DNA of 32,000 nt from Nitrosomonas europaea. Lineage in GTDB: Bacteria > Pseudomonadota > Gammaproteobacteria > Burkholderiales > Nitrosomonadaceae. The DNA is taken from the NCBI RefSeq assembly GCF_900167395.1, contig NZ_FUWK01000002.1:60001-92000 (forward strand), given 5' to 3'. The notes beneath the pieces were generated by a model. It saw only the letters and a program-made list of their open reading frames with translations, was not told the origin of the DNA and did not search any database. The position numbers were made by a program, and so were the translations under genes. Positions 29,317-32,000 of the stretch are shown here, one piece after another. The stretch's first letter is position 1; every line of letters begins with the position of its first letter.

Positions 29317-29883
29317 ATGTCAATCAAGTCAGACAAGTGGATCCGCAGAATGGCTGCTGAATACAATATGATCGAGCCATTCGAGCCCAATCAGATTAAG
29401 CAGCGCAATGGTGAGAGTATCGTTTCCTATGGCACCTCCAGCTATGGCTACGATATTCGCTGCTCAGATGAATTCAAGCTGTTCACCAATCTGAATTCAA
29501 CCATCGTCGATCCAAAACGCTTTGATTCCAACTCGTTTGTCGATGTCAAAGGCGATATATGCATCATTCCACCCAACTCTTTTGCACTGGCACGTACTGT
29601 CGAGTATTTCCGTATCCCGCGCAACGTACTGACGATCTGCCTCGGAAAATCCACCTATGCCCGCTGCGGCATCATTGTCAATGTCACCCCCTTCGAGCCG
29701 GAATGGGAGGGTTATGTCACACTGGAGTTTTCCAATACCACTCCTTTGCCTGCCAAAATTTATGCCAATGAAGGCGTAGCGCAGGTCATCTTCTTCGAAT
29801 CCGATGAAGTATGTGAAACATCATACAAAGATCGTAACGGCAAATACCAGTTTCAGCAGGGAGTCACACTGCCCAAAATATAA
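29317..29883 (+). CDS. dcd: dCTP deaminase
   Basis: 188 aa beginning [13 protein letters not shown], with [19 protein letters not shown] and LEFSNTTP motifs of the Dcd family. Confidence 0.94.
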   Translation: MSIKSDKWIRRMAAEYNMIEPFEPNQIKQRNGESIVSYGTSSYGYDIRCSDEFKLFTNLNSTIVDPKRFDSNSFVDVKGDICIIPPNSFALARTVEYFRIPRNVLTICLGKSTYARCGIIVNVTPFEPEWEGYVTLEFSNTTPLPAKIYANEGVAQVIFFESDEVCETSYKDRNGKYQFQQGVTLPKI

Positions 29884-29887
29884 ACTT

Positions 29888-29913
29888 GAGAAATACCCGC
29901 ACCGGTATTTCTC
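29888..29913. terminator. Hairpin between convergent dcd and the cupin gene, a candidate bidirectional terminator
   Basis: A 10-bp perfect stem (gagaaatacc at 29888-29897 with ggtatttctc at 29904-29913) and a 6-nt loop. It starts 5 nt after the dcd stop. The flanks are T-rich on both strands but contain no long U-run. Confidence 0.45.
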
Positions 29914-29988
29914 ATCCACTCATCTCTCCTTATTTCTATTTCATTCCCGGTTCTTGCCTCAAAAAAAGAATCCCTCAGGTGGAGTCCG

Positions 29989-30324
29989 TTATTCACCCCC
30001 CTGATGGGTGTATTCGGCCGGCGCAAAAAACACCAGCACGGTCAGATCTTCTGTGATATCGCAGAAACAGTGCTCAACATTGGCCGCCACGAAAATGATG
30101 CTGCCAGCGGAGATCTCTCGATAATCGCTGCCTATCCGCATACGTGCCTTACCGTGCACCACATAATAAACCTCATCCTCGGTATGCGGCTCCTGTAAAT
30201 CTTCCGCTCCTGCCGGCAAGGTATAAACCCCCATACTCAACGAAGGTACCCGCAAGAATTCCAGATAAGACTCGCCCGATTCTTTCCGCCTGCCCATCAA
30301 ATCAGACAGTTGATAGATATCCAT
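29989..30324 (-). CDS. Cupin domain protein
   Basis: 111 aa with cupin motif-like segments (HTEDEVYYVVHGKARMRIG ... IIFVAANVEHCF). Confidence 0.75.
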   Translation of the reverse strand: MDIYQLSDLMGRRKESGESYLEFLRVPSLSMGVYTLPAGAEDLQEPHTEDEVYYVVHGKARMRIGSDYREISAGSIIFVAANVEHCFCDITEDLTVLVFFAPAEYTHQGGE

Positions 30325-30547
30325 ACGTAAACATTCTCCTTGATTGATGATTCAGATCAGATCTCGAATGAGAATTCGATCTATCAGCAATTATAAGATC
30401 GCAAGCCTGAAATATCCGGTTATGCCAGACCTGATATTTTAAAAAATTGTCTCACAAGAATCGGGGAGGTCTGGCTTGCACGCGGAGAATTGCACGCCCA
30501 TAATCAGGGTGCCTATTCAGAACCCCTAAACGCAGAGGATTTACGTC

Positions 30548-30850
30548 ATGTATGTCACTATTGTCTATGCATCCGTCAAAACAGATAAAACGGAAGCATT
30601 TAAGGAAGCCACCCGTATGAATCACGAACAATCGATTCGCGAACCGGGCAATATGCGTTTCGATATTCTGCAGTCTGCCGATGATCCAACCCGGTTTGTA
30701 CTTTATGAAGCATACAAAACCAGGAAAGATGCTGCAGCACATAAAGAAACCGCACATTATCTAACCTGGCGCGATACCGTTGCAGATTGGATGGCTGAGC
30801 CACGTAAGGGGGTGATATATGGTGGTTTGTATCCAACCGGGGATGACTGA
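30548..30850 (+). CDS. Antibiotic-biosynthesis-monooxygenase (ABM/YgiN-like) domain protein
   Basis: 100 aa with the ferredoxin-like ABM pattern (MYVTIVYASVK...EPGNMRFDILQS...FVLYEAYKTRKDAAAHKETAHY). Confidence 0.8.
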   Translation: MYVTIVYASVKTDKTEAFKEATRMNHEQSIREPGNMRFDILQSADDPTRFVLYEAYKTRKDAAAHKETAHYLTWRDTVADWMAEPRKGVIYGGLYPTGDD

Positions 30851-32000
30851 TGATGCCCTTTTCTATTGCCCGGCTGCCGCGCATCGAATTTGGTGCAGGG
30901 GTTCTGAAAAAACTGCCGGATATCATCGAAAGTTATGGCAACCATATTTTGCTGGTTACCGGCGCGCACTCCTTTATGAATACTCCCTACTGGCGGCTTC
31001 TGATCGATCAGTTTGAGCATCGCGCCATCACCTGGCGACATGCCATGGTAGCGGAAGAGCCTTCTCCTGCTTTGATCGATGACTTCGTCATAGATTATGC
31101 CAATGAACACTTTGCTGCAGTCATTGGCATCGGAGGTGGCAGCGTACTCGATACTGCCAAAGCCGTAGCCGGGTTGCTGCAAGTACAACATTCAGTAATG
31201 GATTACCTCGAAGGAGTTGGCCCGGAGCTGTCGTATCAGGGGCCAGCCGTACCATTCATCGCTGTCCCCACGACCGCCGGCACTGGCAGTGAGGCAACCA
31301 AAAACGCCGTACTCAGCGTGCAAGGTGAGAATGGTTTCAAGAAATCCTTCCGTCACGACAAACTGGTTGCTGAATATGCAATCGTCGATCCGGATTTACT
31401 GGCCAGTTGCCCGCCCGGCGTCATCGCTGCCAACGGTATGGATGCGCTGACACAATTGCTGGAATCGTACGTATCCCTCAAAGCCAATGCCCTCACCGAT
31501 GCACTGGCGATCAGTGGATTGCAAGCTGTTCGTGACGCACTGCTCCCGTTTTATCACCAGCAAGGCGAGCTGGCGCAACACCGGGAGAAAATGGCTTACG
31601 CTGCACTGCTCTCCGGTATCACGCTGGCGCAAACAGGGTTGGGTTCGGTGCATGGCCTGGCATCCCCGCTCGGTGCGTTCTACCCGATTCCGCATGGTGT
31701 CGTTTGCGGTACCCTGGTTGCAGCCGCCACCCGGATCAACCTTCACAGCATGCACATGCGTGAGCCGGATAATCCGGCATTGGCAAAATACCGGCATGTT
31801 GCTGAGATTTTGTGCAAGCAGCACTTTAACGATCCGGAAATCGCCTTTGATGCCCTGATCGATCTGTTGACGCAATGGACAGAAGAACTCACCCTGCCCC
31901 GGCTGTCACACTACGGTCTGCAACCTGCCGGGCTCGATAAAGTCATCGCCCACTGCCGTGGCAGCAGCATGAAAACCAATCCGATCGTGCTCACTGATGA
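30850..32000 (+). CDS. Iron-containing (group III) alcohol dehydrogenase, 3'-truncated by the window edge
   Basis: This ORF is not in the ORF track because it has no stop. My own translation from the ATG at 30850 (overlapping the ABM stop as TGATG) is open to 32000. It reads MMPFSIARLPRIEFGAGVLKKLP...IGIGGGSVLDTAKAVA...PFIAVPTTAGTGSEATKNAVL...GMDALTQLLESYVS...GSVHGLASPLGAFYPIPHGVVCG, which carries typical Fe-ADH motifs. Confidence 0.85.
   Translation, partial: MMPFSIARLPRIEFGAGVLKKLPDIIESYGNHILLVTGAHSFMNTPYWRLLIDQFEHRAITWRHAMVAEEPSPALIDDFVIDYANEHFAAVIGIGGGSVLDTAKAVAGLLQVQHSVMDYLEGVGPELSYQGPAVPFIAVPTTAGTGSEATKNAVLSVQGENGFKKSFRHDKLVAEYAIVDPDLLASCPPGVIAANGMDALTQLLESYVSLKANALTDALAISGLQAVRDALLPFYHQQGELAQHREKMAYAALLSGITLAQTGLGSVHGLASPLGAFYPIPHGVVCGTLVAAATRINLHSMHMREPDNPALAKYRHVAEILCKQHFNDPEIAFDALIDLLTQWTEELTLPRLSHYGLQPAGLDKVIAHCRGSSMKTNPIVLTD

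Overview
This is a chromosomal window from a roughly 50% GC proteobacterium. The gene order looks beta-proteobacterial, and a Nitrosomonas-like source is an unverified guess. Most of the window is conserved housekeeping. It contains accC' / accB / aroQ (-), thiO-like (+), ispH (-), a hisC-B-H-A-F-I-E block followed by a HIT protein and tatABC (+), then pepN and metG (-), apbC/mrp and dcd (+), a cupin (-), an ABM monooxygenase and a 3'-truncated Fe-alcohol dehydrogenase (+). Two accessory modules lie between tatC and pepN. (1) A cobalamin-riboswitch-controlled operon, btuB, a small 6-TM BtuM-like membrane protein, and cobO (about 11087-14505, + strand). (2) A minus-strand cluster (15080-22591): a TonB-dependent receptor, a signal-peptide-bearing and C-terminally anchored CobN/ChlH-family chelatase-like gene, a MotA/ExbB-like channel and a DUF2149/ExbD-like protein. 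This cluster resembles the hmuRSTUV / 'BtuS' metalloporphyrin-salvage loci. The chelatase-like gene carries one frameshift and one in-frame TGA at a conserved Trp codon. The receptor and the chelatase-like gene are each preceded by the same 32-nt motif, which holds a 19-bp perfect palindrome in the receptor copy. The cluster is flanked by AT-rich DNA with no convincing genes. I found no rRNA, tRNA, CRISPR array or recognisable IS element.
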